This document shows positions 47,197 to 60,718 of a DNA stretch of 64,000 bases, in pieces. Position 1 is the stretch's first letter, and the number at the start of each line of letters is the position of its first letter. Source of the stretch: Dendrobates tinctorius (lineage: Eukaryota); the NCBI RefSeq assembly GCF_039654945.1, contig NW_027361989.1:2790001-2854000 (forward strand). The letters are read 5' to 3'. Position numbers and translations under genes: made by a program. Below the pieces are notes generated by a model. It saw only the letters and a list, made by a program, of their open reading frames with translations. It did no database searches and was not told where the DNA came from.

Positions 47197-48416
47197 AAAC
47201 CAGAGAGGTAATATACCAGGGTCGTGGACAGGAAACCAGAGAGGTAACATACCAGTGTCATGGACAGGAATCCAGAGAGGTGGGATATCAGGATCATGGA
47301 CAGGAAACAAGAAAGGTAATATACCAGGGTCACGGACAGGAAACCAGTGAGGTAAGATACCAGGGTCATGGACAGCAAACCAGAGAGGTAAGATACCATG
47401 TTCATGGACAGAAAACCAGAGGTAATATACCAGGGTCGTGGACAGTAAACCAGAGAGGTAATATACCAGGGTCATAGACAGGAAACCAGAGAGGTAATAT
47501 ACCAGGGTCATAGACAGGAAACCAGAAACGTAATATACCAGGGTCATGGACAAGAAACCAGAGAGGAAATATACCAGGGTCATGGACAGAAAACCAGAGA
47601 GGTAATATACCAGGGTAATAGACAGGAAATCAGAAATGTAATATACCAGGGTCATGGACAGAAAACCAGAGAGGTAAGATATCAGGGTCATGGACAGAAA
47701 ACCAGAAAGGTAATATACCAGGGTCATGGACAGAAAACCAGAAATGTAATATACCAGGGTCATGGACAGAAAACCAGAGAGGTAATATACCAGGGTCATG
47801 GACAGAAAACCAGAAAGGTAATATACCAGGGTCATGGACAGGAAACCAGAAATGTAATATACCAGGGTCATGGACAGAAAACCAGAGAGGTAATATACCA
47901 GGGTCATGGACAGAAAACCAGAAAGGTAATATACCAGGGTCATGGACAGGAAACCAGAAATGTAATATACCAGGGTCATGGACAGAAAACCAGAGAGGTA
48001 ATATACCAGGGTCATGGACAGGAAACCAGAAATGTAATATACCAGGGTCATGGACAGAAAACCAGAGAGGTAATATACTAGGGTCATGGACAGGAAACCA
48101 GAGAGGTAAGATACCAGGATCATGGACAGAAAACCAGAGAGGTAATATACCAGGGTCATGGACAGAAAACCAGAGAGGTAATATACCAGGGTCATGGAGG
48201 GTCATGGACAGGAGCCTAGAAACGTAATATATCAGGGTCATGAACAGAAAACCAGAGAGGTAATATACTAAGGTCATGGACAGGAAACCAGAGAGGTAAG
48301 ATACCAGGGTCATGGACAGGAAACCAGATAGGTAAGATACCAGGATCATGGACAGGAAACCAGAAATGTAATATACCAGGGTCATGGACAGAAAACCAGA
48401 GAGGTAAGATACCAGG
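47197..48416. repeat. 36-bp minisatellite, about 34 copies
   Basis: Unit ccagagaggtaatataccagggtcatggacagaaaa. Confidence 0.97.
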
Positions 48417-50787
48417 CTAAAAGTTATGAGGTCCAGAATAAATGCCTGAATCATTTCTTATGTACTGATGAGTATTTTTGTGGCTATTTAAATGTATAAA
48501 TATTTTAACCATGTTAATTTTATGTAGATTTTATTTTAATTGTTTAAATGAAAATAATTATAAGCTCAAACTTCACAGCGTGAGGAGCAGGCACAGAGGG
48601 CAGTAAATCAGCAGAATGAGCCGAACGCTGCATCACTTCAGAAATTGAGGTGAACGAAGTCCAATATTTTGGGATTCCGTTCTGCTCACTAATAGCAGTA
48701 TGGGCCGGAGACCAGAAGCACAGTGTACTAGGACACAGAGAGAAACATGGGTTCCAGGACATATGGGCCCCCGATGTCCTGTTAAAAAACTAGAAATCAG
48801 GAACATCAAGGAATTTATGGAAAAAAGAAGAAAAGAGAAAATTTTGATGGGTAAGTTTTTCGTATTAGGCTCAATATATACCTGGCTTGGTTTTAATAAG
48901 GTGGAAATATAATTTTCCCACCAGGTTCAGGAATTGTCAAGGAAGTTATCGATTGTAACAATAACCTTTGACATTTCGGGATATTACAGACCCGCTTTTT
49001 AGTTTGACATATGTTAAATCTACCGATCTGAAAGAACAGCTGCCCATAATAATATATGCTATTCACAATACTGGACGTGAGGCACCATGTATCTTATCAA
49101 TGGTATCTAGTGGAGCAGAAGCTATCCTCCAGGAACAACAGACCGATATAGTATATCATTAATCTGCAGATAGCTTATCACTATAGTCGGATGGTAGATA
49201 TATATCTAGATGGGAAAAGATGGCTGGGGGGGAAAGGGTGAGGATGGAAGTAAGATGGGGAATTGTGGCCAGGGAGAGAGCACAGTAGGAGCTCATCCGC
49301 GCTGATTCTACCGGCAAGAATCTTCTTATGGGAGACAAAGAGGGGGAAATACAATATATTTGATCATATATATTATATTTATACCTAATTTATAACCCAC
49401 TTGCTGATTGTCTCTCTTAGGCCAGACACATCCACAATCACAGGGAGTGAGTGTGAAGACAAAATAGTATTGTGACCCGGTCACTGCTTCACATAGAGTC
49501 TTCATTGCTAGTGTACAAATCCAGAAGCAGGAGAACGTGGCGAACCCCACAATGTCCACATACCAAAGAGGCATACACAGACAAGACCGATCTATAGAGA
49601 TGATTACATTACCCAGAGGCGCTCTTTTAAGCAGTTTCGCTTGTAATGCTTCCTCAGAAAGGGGTTTCTACAAGCGAAACGCGTGTAATGTGCAGTTTGC
49701 CCCGTTCTGCTGCTTCTGGATTTATGCACCAGCAATGAAGACTCTATGTGAAGCCGTGACCGTGTCATGCCCATAATGCCACACATGCCCTATGGAATCG
49801 GCTTTATAACAGTCATTGTTTGTACTATTTTATGAGTGTTTCCATGAGCACTGTCACTTTATGAGTCTACAATGTAATATTTATTCCTGTGTGGATTGTA
49901 AACCTGTTCTATATATTCTTTGTATCTGGGTTTATTGTGAATTGCTATTGACCATTCGGCGGAGACCTTACACCTGAGATATGTAATGATATAGGGTGAT
50001 AAGCGATATAATTGTTATACTTCTTCCATACGGGCTTTCCACTTACAATTATATATATATGTAAAGGATTTTTCTAAACTATACTCTGGGACAGATTAGA
50101 TACGTTTTATATACATACCTGATGATTTTTCTCTGCATAATCTCTTCTTTTTACATTTTTTATGTGTTTTGTTGAAATACAGATATATTCCATACTGAAA
50201 TGTTGTTTATGGGAGTAACGTTTGTAGGCTATGTTGTTGATTTCTACTACTGAATATATGGAGGACCTCGTTTGGGCTTTTTATATATATATGGTTAGAC
50301 AAACGAACTACATAGAGCGGCTAAAGGTGTATACATGATAACCTCATACTGCAGGGAAAGACATGTATTTTAGAATACTGAAGAAAGTGATAACACAAAA
50401 TGACAATATTTAGGAGTATTTCACCAAACTCCATTACAATCCATAAATCCCCATGTCCCTTTTAACTAATGTCATTACTCACATAACTCTTCACATATTG
50501 ACTACTGTATTGTCCTCATCACAGACACTACTTACTACCATATGACACCATTACTTACTCTCACAATGCCCTGCAGCTACTCCTATTAACCCTTGTGTAT
50601 GCCAACCATACCTGCTAATGGCTCTGATGTCTATGTCTCCATTCTGGCTAGAGCTCCCATAAGGTCATCTCATTAGCTGCAAAGTTAGTTAGCGAAAGAT
50701 TTTCCATGATGGCAGCTGAGTCTGACATGGCTGTTCAATATATTTAGTACTGATCATTCTCGTACAATGAGTGTTTTTATTGTAACA

Positions 50788-51613
50788 CTAGCTGAAGAGC
50801 CCGGCGCTGCCCGGGCATAGTAACTAACTGTGTTTAGTTATAGCAAATTATAATTATCCTCCATCCCATAGTCCCGTGCCCATATACCCATCATACATAT
50901 CCACGATCCCATAGGCCCGTGCCCATATATCCATCATACATATCCACGATCCCATAGGTCCGTGCCCATATATCCATCATACATATCCTCCATCCCATAG
51001 TCGAGTGCCCATATACCCATCATACATCCTCCATCCCATAGTCCCATGCCCATATACCCATCACACATCCTTCCTCTCATAGTCCCATGCCCATACATAT
51101 CCTCCATCTCATAGTCCCGTGCCCATATACCCATCATACATATCCTCCATCCCATAGTCCCATGCCCATATACCCACCATACATATCCGCCATCCCATAG
51201 TCCCGTGCCCATATTCCCGTCATACATATCCTCCATCCAATAGTCCAGTGCCCATATACCCATCACACATCCTCCATCCCATAGTCAACCATTATGACAT
51301 TATAATGAGCGTCGGGGCTTGCAACCTATAATGACATCAGCGTCGCCATGGCAACCATTGTGACATCATAATGAGGGGCGGGGCTTGATACGCACACACT
51401 TTTTCCCCATTATGTAGATAGGGGCAAAATTGGTGAATTGGAACGCGCAGGGTTAAAATTTCGCCTCACAACATAGCTTAGGACGCTCTCAGGGTCCAGA
51501 CGTGTGACTGTGCCAAATTTTGTGGCTGTAGCTGCGACGGTGCGGATGCCTATCCTGGACATACATACATACACACATACATACATACACACATTTGAGC
51601 TTTTTATATTAGA
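50788..51613 (-). mobile_element. Non-autonomous Helitron (826 bp)
   Basis: Minus strand starts TC and ends CTAG, with GC hairpin gcccggcgctgcccgggc (50799-50816) 11 nt from the end; inserted between A and T with no TSD; empty site aaca|tggcc at 32069/32070; internal ~45-bp minisatellite and (CATA)n. Confidence 0.92.
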
Positions 51614-51781
51614 TGGCCAAACATGAGGAATGACAAGGGGTTGTCCTAGAAGTGGTCAACACTTTAAGAAGATACAATTTTGAGTTAAAATATTTCCAAC
51701 ATTTTGAACATAAAAAAAACTCCCCGTATGACTTCCCTGATGTTTATTAAGAGTTGATTTTGGTAGAAAACATTTCCCACA

Positions 51782-54700
51782 TTAAGAACATGAAAAAGGT
51801 TTCTCCCCTGTGTGAGTTTTTTGGTGACTAAGAAGAGAAGATTTCTTCACAAAACATTTCCCACATTCTGAACAGTTAAAAGGCTTCTCCCCCATGTGAG
51901 TTCTTTGGTGCTTAAACAAATATGATTTACAGTTAAAACATTTCCCACATTCTGAGCAGGAAAAAGGCTTCTCCCCTGTGTGAGTTCTTTGATGATTAAC
52001 CAAATCTGATTTCCAGTTAAAACATTTCCCACATTCTGAACAGCAAAAAGGCTTCTCCCCTGTGTGAATTCTTTGGTGACTAACCAAATGTGATTTCTTT
52101 GTAAAACATTTCCCACATTCTGAACAGGAAAAAGGTTTCTCCCCTGTGTGAGTTATACGGTGCATAATCAAATCTGATTTCCTTGTAAAACATTTCCCAC
52201 ATTCTGAACAGGAAAAAGGCTTCTCACCTGTGTGAGTTCTATGGTGATTAACCAAATGTGATTTCTGGATAAAACATTTCCCACATTCTGAACATGAAAA
52301 AGGCTTCTCCCCTGTGTGAGTTCTCTGGTGCTTGACACAAACTGATTTCTTTGTAAAACATTTCCCACATTCTAAACAGCAAAAAGGCTTCTCCCCCGTG
52401 TGAGTTCTTTGGTGCTTAACCAAATCTGATTTCTTTGTAAAACATTTCCCACATTCTGAACAGCAAAAAGTCTTGTCCCCTGTGTGAGTTCTATGGTGAC
52501 TAACCAAATCTGATTTCTGGTTAAAACATTTCCCACATTCTGAACAGGAAAAAGGTTTCTCGCCTGTGTGAGTTTTATGGTGAGTAACAAAATGTGATTT
52601 ATGTGCAAAACATTTCCCACATTCTGAACAGGAAAAAGGCTTCTCCCCCGTGTGAGTTCTTTGGTGATTAAACAAATCTGATTTCTGGATAAAACATTTC
52701 CCACATTCTGAACAGGAAAAAGGCTTCTCCCCTGTGTGAGTTCTTTGGTGCTTAACCAAATCTGATTTCTGGCTAAAACATTTCCAACATTCTGAACAGG
52801 AAAAAGGCTTCTCCCCTGTGTGAGTTTTCTGGTGTGTAACAAAATTAGATTTCTTGTTAAACATTTCCCACATTCTGAACATGAAAAAGACTTCTCCCCT
52901 GTGTGAGTTTTCTGGTGTGTAACAAAATTAGATTTCTTGTTAAAACATTTCCCACATTCTGAACATGAAAAAGACTTCTCCCCTGTGTGAGTTTTCTGGT
53001 GTGTAACAAAATAAGATTTCTGGTTAAAACATTTCCCACATTCTGAGCATGAAAAAGGTTTCTCCCCTGTGTGAGTTTTTTGGTGACTAAGAAGAGATGA
53101 TTTCCTCACAAAACATTTCCCACATTCTAAACAGGAAAAAGGTTTCTCCCCTGTGTGAGTTCTATGGTGCTTAACCAAATCTGATTTCTTTGTACATTTC
53201 CCACATTGAGAACAGGAAAATCTATTGTCTGTTATGTGTATTTTTTCATGTTTAAGAAAAGTCTTTTCAAGAAAATTATTTCCATATTCTGAATCTGAAA
53301 ATGGCTCCTTTCTTTTAGAAGCAATTAATTTTTTAATGCTTATATTGTGACTTTGATTTTCCTTAGTAGTTGGTAATGAACCAAAAGATGGGACCTGTTT
53401 CATAGGATCAGATGACAGATCTTTGCTATGAAGGGATGATGGTATATCTGGAGTAATAGCATTCACTTCAGTTGTATCCTGTGTGATCTCAAGATCATCA
53501 GATTTAAAAATTGAAGATGTCAGCGTTCCTAAAAATAAAACCAGTTAATAATTTTGAATAAAATATCTTCAAATTTTATACTTTTGAACATTTCTACTTA
53601 AGCTGTCCATAAAAGATACAAGCTTTTTAAAACCATTGAATTATTCACCAAGACAATGAGAGTTCACAGTCTAATCGAAAGCCTCATAGCATGAACCAGT
53701 GCATCATGGTGTTCAATGGTTTGTTCATTCTGCCTCCCAAACATGGAATAAAAAGCCAACAAACAATGTTATATAGGTGAAAATTATACCAATAAAACTT
53801 CTACTCATCTCACGGAAACACAAGGCACCACTAAGGTCCATCATCTGTCAGAAGAAAACCAGAAGGTTTCCACAATATTTGTGGCTCAAAAGCTCTTGAA
53901 AAGCAACATGGCTTCCATAAACCAATCCAGCAATATCCGCTCTCCCAAAGTCAAATATCCACTCTCTTCTGAGCCTTGTAGTGCGCCCAAACCATATTTA
54001 GCATCCATATATTGGGCATTACTATAGTGAGAAGAACCCACTTAATTTACGGTGTGTGTTTCCTGGAGCACAATCTGGGCATTATGTGCTGGGTAATAAA
54101 ATGGCAAATGTGCAATTTTCATGTTGCAACATCCAGTGAGAGCTAATTTCCGTAAAGTGTCACTACTCCCATAGGATAATTCACTGAGGGTTATAATTTC
54201 CATAATGGAGCCACTTTATGGGGATTTCTACTGCTTTAGTTTCCTGTAATTGTGTTATATTAGGGCATCTGCAGATGGTGTGTCCCCTCTCCACTGGAAT
54301 CTGCTCCTGCGATGTTTGAATCCATCACCAAGCAGCGCCTTATTTATTGTGCAGGCGTTGCTGGTAATAGAAGAGACGTCGAAACCAGAAGCTCTGGGTG
54401 GCGCTGGCTCTGTCCAACCACTAAGATTAGGGTGCCTGAGACCAGTAGTTTCATCCAGCCTGGCAGTATGGGTTTGTGTGCTGTCCAGCAATCTGGTAGC
54501 AATCTGCTACCTGCTTAAGCCAATTAGAAAGCACCAAACCCTCCTAAAGCTTGAAGCCTATTCCCGGAATCTGCCAGATACAGCCTTGTTCTCCTCTGGT
54601 TCAGTCCTCTGTGCTCAGCTGGTGAATTTTTTTCTTGGTGTAATACCACCCCGCTTAATGACTAAACTCGTGTTTTCTGATTTTGTACTTTCTCTGCCCT

Positions 54701-57349
54701 CCTGGTTATGACCAACTACCTGACTATTCTTCTTGCCATCTCACTCCACAGAATAGCGGGTAACACCATGGCCCAAGCCTTGGGGTCTCTGTGTAAGTCC
54801 AGATCCATGAAGAGGGGTTAAGGGATGATGAGCAAGGCAATCACTGGGATCTGGAAAATAGAGTAGATAGAGCCAAGCCTTCTCATGGTGGCCATCTTTT
54901 GATCTGCCAGGTGACCACTAACAGTGCTCCCAGTACATCGTGTCTGCAAACTATTCCATCAAGATCTGTGTATGAATAGCTAAATGGCGCTCCTTCCTTT
55001 CTTAACTCTACCATGTGCCCAGACAGTAGTGTACAACCATATATAGGGGATTGTTGGACTCAAGAGACATTGGGAAATAATTTGTAAGGTCCATTTGTTT
55101 CCTATGATTCTGGTGAAAACTCTCTGGGTAATTAAGAGTATGGGGCTCGGTGGCTCTTGGCAATCTAAACTATCGTAAGGGCCAATATTTTCTGTCAAAT
55201 GAGTTTCAAGAAGAAATATTAGATATTCATAGAGAACTTTTTATAATAGTGCAGAGCTGATGTGTCTTAAATTTAGATCTCAGGCATTTGGCAGAGGTAA
55301 TGGAGACCTTATTTTAAAGGCTACCAGGTAGTTGCAGACTCACATAAGTGAGGCAGGCCGATCCCACCATCATCAGACTACCATACAAAATGAACCTGTA
55401 CAAAAAGAACTAGAATAAAAAAACATGTTACCGTATTTTTTGGATAATAAGACGCTCAGGATTATAAGACGCACCCCAAATTTTGAGGAGAAAAATAGGA
55501 ATTTTTTTTTAACAACACGGTGGTGCTTCTTATAATCCATGCGTCTTATTGCTGTGGTGAAGCGGGGTCCCAGGGTCGCTGCTGGAGGAGGCAGGAGTGG
55601 GGTGATGCTGCAGACCGCAGGGTGGGATGAGGGGGTGTCCGATGTGCAGTGCACCGCTGCGAGTGTTTGGATCTGCTAGGGTGCCTGGCACTGCTGCCCG
55701 GGGTGTCCGCTGCTGCCCAAGGTGGCCGCCTCCGCTGCTGCTGCCGCAGCTCGGGGTGTCCACCGCTGCTGCTGCCTGAAGTGTCCGCTGCTGCGGGGGG
55801 GACTCTGCCAACTTTTCGTGATAGGCCAGAGCCCCTCGCATGTCCGTGGTTTCCTCCTGTGCGGTGGACTCAGTGAACATGGCTGCTCGGGGCGGCGCAT
55901 ACGCAGATGGAGATCTCAGTATCAAGATCTCAGGATATGAGATTTCAGCCCTGAAATTAGATCTCAGGATTCTAGGAAGCCAACAGCATCATTACACTCC
56001 GCTTTCTCTTACAGGCCCAGTATAATATTTTTCATCAAGTGATTTTCTAACTAGCCAGCACATTCTACGTACGCTGTCATTTGGCTTTATAGTTTACAGA
56101 TCTGGGCAGGTAACGGTCAGCGTCTCCTAATCCCAGGGAGTAGGTGGATCTACCAGGTTGTAAGTTCTATAGAAAAGGGCTTTCAATGCCCAAAGTCATT
56201 TGAACAGTTTTGGGTGGAGGAGAATGTTGTGGTCTAGAGGCAAAATGGTGATCATGGTAATACGGCCGGACTACACCACCGATAAAGCAGCCACAGCCGG
56301 TGACTGAGAGGAATCTGTGACTTCTCTGCATTCAGTGAGTATGTCTCTGTAGTATTAATATGGGTCAGATCTTCACCCTGAAACAAATATTGTAAAAGTC
56401 ACAGACAGATGGAGAAGTCCCATCTATGATCAGCTCTAATCCTGCCATCTCCACCGTTCTCATTACACAAGTATAAAACATATAATACTGGGGGATAAAA
56501 CAAGACTGAGCACAAGACCTTCACAGCCGTCTACACATCATAGGGGAGATCTCCTGACACCTTCTCTCCATCTACCTGATGATCCTGAGGAGCACTGGGA
56601 TCTTCTTGGTTACAGTCCTGTGGAAGAAGAGGACGGGGACATCTCTCTGGTGTTGTCCTCTTACTGGATAGATCTGGAGGAAACACATACAGGGACTGAA
56701 TTCATTCTCTACATACAGATAATTATAGGCCGTGTGTATTTAGTCCTGTCTATTACCTGGAGATGTGAGGGGCTGGGGAACCTCCATTATGACGTTCTTG
56801 CACAAATCTCTGTGTCCTTCTAAATACTCCCACTCCTCCATGGAGAAATAGACAGCGACATCCTGACACCTTATAGGAACCTGACACATACAATCATACC
56901 GTCATCCCCAGATCCCTTCATAGTGTTACTGTATAATGTCCCAGCATTCCCAGCAGTGTCACCTCTCCAGTCAGCAGCTCAATCATCTTGTAGATGAGTT
57001 CTAGGATCTTCTGCTCATTGATGTCCTCATGGCTCAGGGGGTGAGGTGGAGGCCCCGTGATTGGGCTCAGGGGTCTTCCCCATCCCTCAGACACAGGGTC
57101 CTGACAGCGATCACTAGAGGTCTTCTTCACCACTGTGTAATCCTGGTTATGGAGAGACACATTAATAAATCTCACTACAGACATTTCCAGAGTCCTCACC
57201 TCTCCAGTTCTGTCCATCTGTTATTCCCATAGATAAGAATGATGTAATGTGACGTCATCAGAATCTCTCACCTCTCCAGTGAGACGCAAGAGGATCTCTA
57301 GGGTGAGGTGTAATATCCTCTCCGCCATCTTGTCTCTGTCCATATCCAT
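51782..57349 (-). pseudogene. KRAB-like C2H2 zinc-finger gene B (paralog of A), about 17 fingers, disrupted
   Basis: Exons 57349-57272, 57142-56963, 56880-56757, 56673-56576 and 56377-~56340 (3' half and splice donor deleted); finger exon ~53528-51782 with a 1-nt deletion near 52860 (splitting ORFs 52372-53466 and 51782-52882) and a stop in the last finger. Confidence 0.85.
55429..55560 (+). mobile_element. Tc1/pogo-type terminal fragment
   Basis: ta-ccgtattttttggataataagacgc..ttataagacgcacccc terminal and subterminal motif; other end not found. Confidence 0.5.
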
Positions 57350-57707
57350 CCTTGATGGGTAAAACAGGAAATTTCTCTTTTGTAGAAGATCTTCACTGAG
57401 AGGATCCGATATTGTAGAGACCTGAATGAGAAGATGATCTGATGTAACATCATAAGAATCCTGTGTAATAATACAATTACTGGGGATAATAAGGGAAACA
57501 TATGAGGAGATTTATTATCTTACAGGGTTTAGTTTTCTTCCCTGACATCTACTAATAAAACCTATATATTTAGGCCACAGACAACAAGCAGTTTCCTCCT
57601 CGGAGTTGGCAGCAGAACACGTTCCTCATAGACTCATCTTCCATAACGCTAATTCTCATCTCATTACCGACACTGGAATCGGCATTAGCAATACTGCAGG
57701 AGATATT

Positions 57708-58538
57708 TGTTATGAATGAGTCACCGGAGGAGGAGAAAACAAAAATACAAGCTAAGTCCAGAAAAACCGGAGAGGTTGGTAGCTATCGGATTGCAGACCC
57801 CTGATCCTATTCACCACAACTAACAGTAGCCGTGGGGGGTTCCTACGGTGTTCCTAGACCCCTCGTCACAGCCGGAGAGCTAAATAAGCCTAAAGAAAGA
57901 AAGGGGAAATCTAAACTGCCCCAGAGCAGACCCCAAAGCAATAGACAGCCCCCAACATGTATTGACGGTGAAAAACAGATGAAAGCACAAACACAGACAG
58001 AAAGACAGGCTGAGCAAACAATGGGGCCCAACTAACTAGATAGGACAGGACAGAAAAGATGCTGGCTGCAATCCGCAAAAACCCTGCCCAAAATGTCCCA
58101 ACCGTCTGATAGGAAAAAAGGCCCTGAAGTCGCTAGACTTCAAAATCACTATATCAGCACTCAGGTATATTCTGAAAAAAGAGCAAAGAGATCAACTGAT
58201 CAGAGACAAAAATGGAATTCAGCCAGTCCCAGCAAGAGCTGGCTGAACACAAACACTAAGTAAACCAGACAAAATCTCATGGAATAATAGCAGGGCAAAA
58301 ACTTAGCTTTAGAAAACAGGAACTAGACTGGAGGCCAGAGCTCAGAGCAGAGAGGATCACCATCAACCTTGCAGGGCGTCGGCTGCCTTATATCCACTCA
58401 GAGATTCCAGATGTCCAATCACCCTCCGCCTGCTCTGATGACAGGTTCTTCCCATCTAAATCAATTTCACTACCTCCCTTCACCAGCAGAGGGAGTTCAT
58501 CAGACATCAATGCTGAAGGGGAAAATGAACTCACAACA
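57708..58538. mobile_element. Solo LTR (831 bp), same family as 28389-29238
   Basis: tgttatga...tcacaaca termini (TG..CA); gatatt duplicated at 57702-57707 and 58539-58544. Confidence 0.9.
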
Positions 58539-59259
58539 GATATTCATTACAGGCGACATGAGAAATAACTCCTTCTTGGTGAGGACAACATCTTCATCTT
58601 CTATTACGGCTCTAGAAACAGATTTGGCCAGAGTCGGTCACTGACTCCATCCCCACCGGCCGTCTATATGAAGGTTTCCCGTCTTCCCCGCACTGGAATC
58701 TTCTATCCCGTTAGATCTCAGCTCTGAGTCACACACAGAAGTTTGAGGCTTTAAAAAAGATCTTTTGCTTCCACAATCAACGTGGACAGAAATGATCTGA
58801 TCCCTAAGTCTCCATGTACAGTGATTTATGGGGATTATTTCTGGCCTTAGGCTTTCCTATATTACAAGAAAAACTCCAGAAAAAGGTGATATTAAAATGT
58901 TTCTAAAGAAAATTGGCTCCAACAATTCTTGTAAGAAGAAAAAATCAGAAGACACATTTTATAATTTATCACATGTTAAACATTTATTAAAAAGAAATGA
59001 ATCTTTTTGTGCCCCAGGACATAGATGTACACCACAGGGATGGCACAGAGGAGGCTTTAACAAAAACCCTGAAAAGCAAACATGGCATCTAAGAAGGTGT
59101 GACAGAGTTTGGCTGAATGCCCCCCGCCTCCAAGTACTCGATAGTATGGGGCGGCCTAGTTACTCTGATACTTACATGCCTAATAATGGTGTCTGGGCTG
59201 CAATGTATGAAGGTCTATTAGGCCGGGCCAGAGGCAGCGTCCAATAAGTTACCTTATAA

Positions 59260-59567
59260 CGCCCCCATACACATTAGACTAAAATTCTACGAAAGCACTG
59301 ATTTTGGGCGGTTTGGCCGACCATGTAATGTATTTTGGGGCCTCCCGACAGATGATGCCAGGGCAGAGAAGGATCTGACATCCTGAATTTCAGAGGATAA
59401 TCCGTTTGTTCTTCCTGTAGATAATCCTCCTCTAGAGGAGTCTGGAGGCGACTCTCTCATACAGACCACAGGAAAGCTGGAATATTTGTGTGTATGGGGG
59501 AGTCGGGAGAGATCGCCGTCTGACAAATGTCCGCTCAGCCAACTCTGATCTCATGTGTATGGGGCCG
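59260..59567. mobile_element. MITE (Harbinger-like)
   Basis: TIRs cgcccccatacacattaga / tctcatgtgtatggggccg flanked by taa/tta. Confidence 0.65.
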
Positions 59568-59895
59568 TTAGTATTACACTGACAGGCAGTGATGATACAC
59601 GGCACTACAGTAGTACAGGGCATCACCGGAGCCATCAGGGGCTTGTATGTTGTATGATCGCACTGATCAGAGGGGTTTAAAGTGGAAAAAAAGATCACAT
59701 TTTCAGCAACAAGAAATATCCATCACTTTATGGAAAGCAGAGTCACTGCACAGTGTTAGTTACGTCACGTCCATAACTACTTTATTACACTCTATTATCC
59801 TGTACACAGTGGAGTAGATAGAAATCACAGATCCCACAGCAATAGCTGGAATTGGATCCTCCAACCTAAAGAAAAAAAAATATCTCTATCTATAT

Positions 59896-60718
59896 ACACT
59901 GTTCAAAAAAATAAAGGGAACACTTAAACAACAGAATATAACTCCAAGTAAATCAAACTTCTGTGAAATCAAACTGTCCACTTAGGAAGCAACACTGACT
60001 GACAATCAGTTTCACATGCTGTTGTGCAAATGGAATAGACAACAGATGGAAATTATTGGCAATTATCAAGACACCCTCAATAAAGGAGTAGTTCTGCAGG
60101 TGGGGACCACAGACCACATCTCAGTATCAATGCTTTCTGGCTGATGTTTTGGTCACTTTTGAATGTCGGTTGTGCTTTCACACTCGTGGTAGCATGAGAC
60201 GGACTCTACAACCAACACAAGTGGCTCAGGTAGTGCAGCTCATCCAGGATGGCACATCAATGTGAGCTGTGGCAAGAACGTTTGCTGTGTCTGTCAGCAT
60301 AGTGTCCAGAGGCTGGAGGCACTACCAGGAGACAGGCCAGTACACCAGGAGACGTGGAGGGGGCTGTATGCAGGCAACAACCCAGCAGCATGACCACTAC
60401 CTCCACCTTTGTGCAAGGAGGAACAGGAGGAGCACTGCCAGAGCCCTGCAAAATGATCTTCAGCAGGCCACAAATGTTCATGTGTCTGCACAAATGGTTA
60501 GAAACTGACTCCATGAGGATGGTCTGAGAGCCAGACATCCACAGATGGGGGTTGTGCTCACAGCCCAACACCGTACAGGACGCTTGGCATTTGCCACAGA
60601 ACACCAGGATTGGCAAATTCAACACTGGCGCCCTGTGCTCTTCACAGATGAAAGCAGGTTCACACTGAGCACATGTGACAGACATGACAGAGTCTGGAGA
60701 CGCTGTGGAGAGCGATCT
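59896..60718 (+). mobile_element. Tc1 transposon left end and N-terminal transposase, truncated by Gypsy LTR
   Basis: ta-cactgttcaaaaaaataaagggaacac terminus; [17 protein letters not shown]; WRPVLFTDESRF (first catalytic D); internal stops. Confidence 0.85.

Noticed and set aside
47143-48454. 350-aa hydrophobic (MTLVYYLSGFLS)n membrane-like protein
   Set aside because: Translation of a 36-bp minisatellite; indels shift the frame and no gene structure surrounds it.
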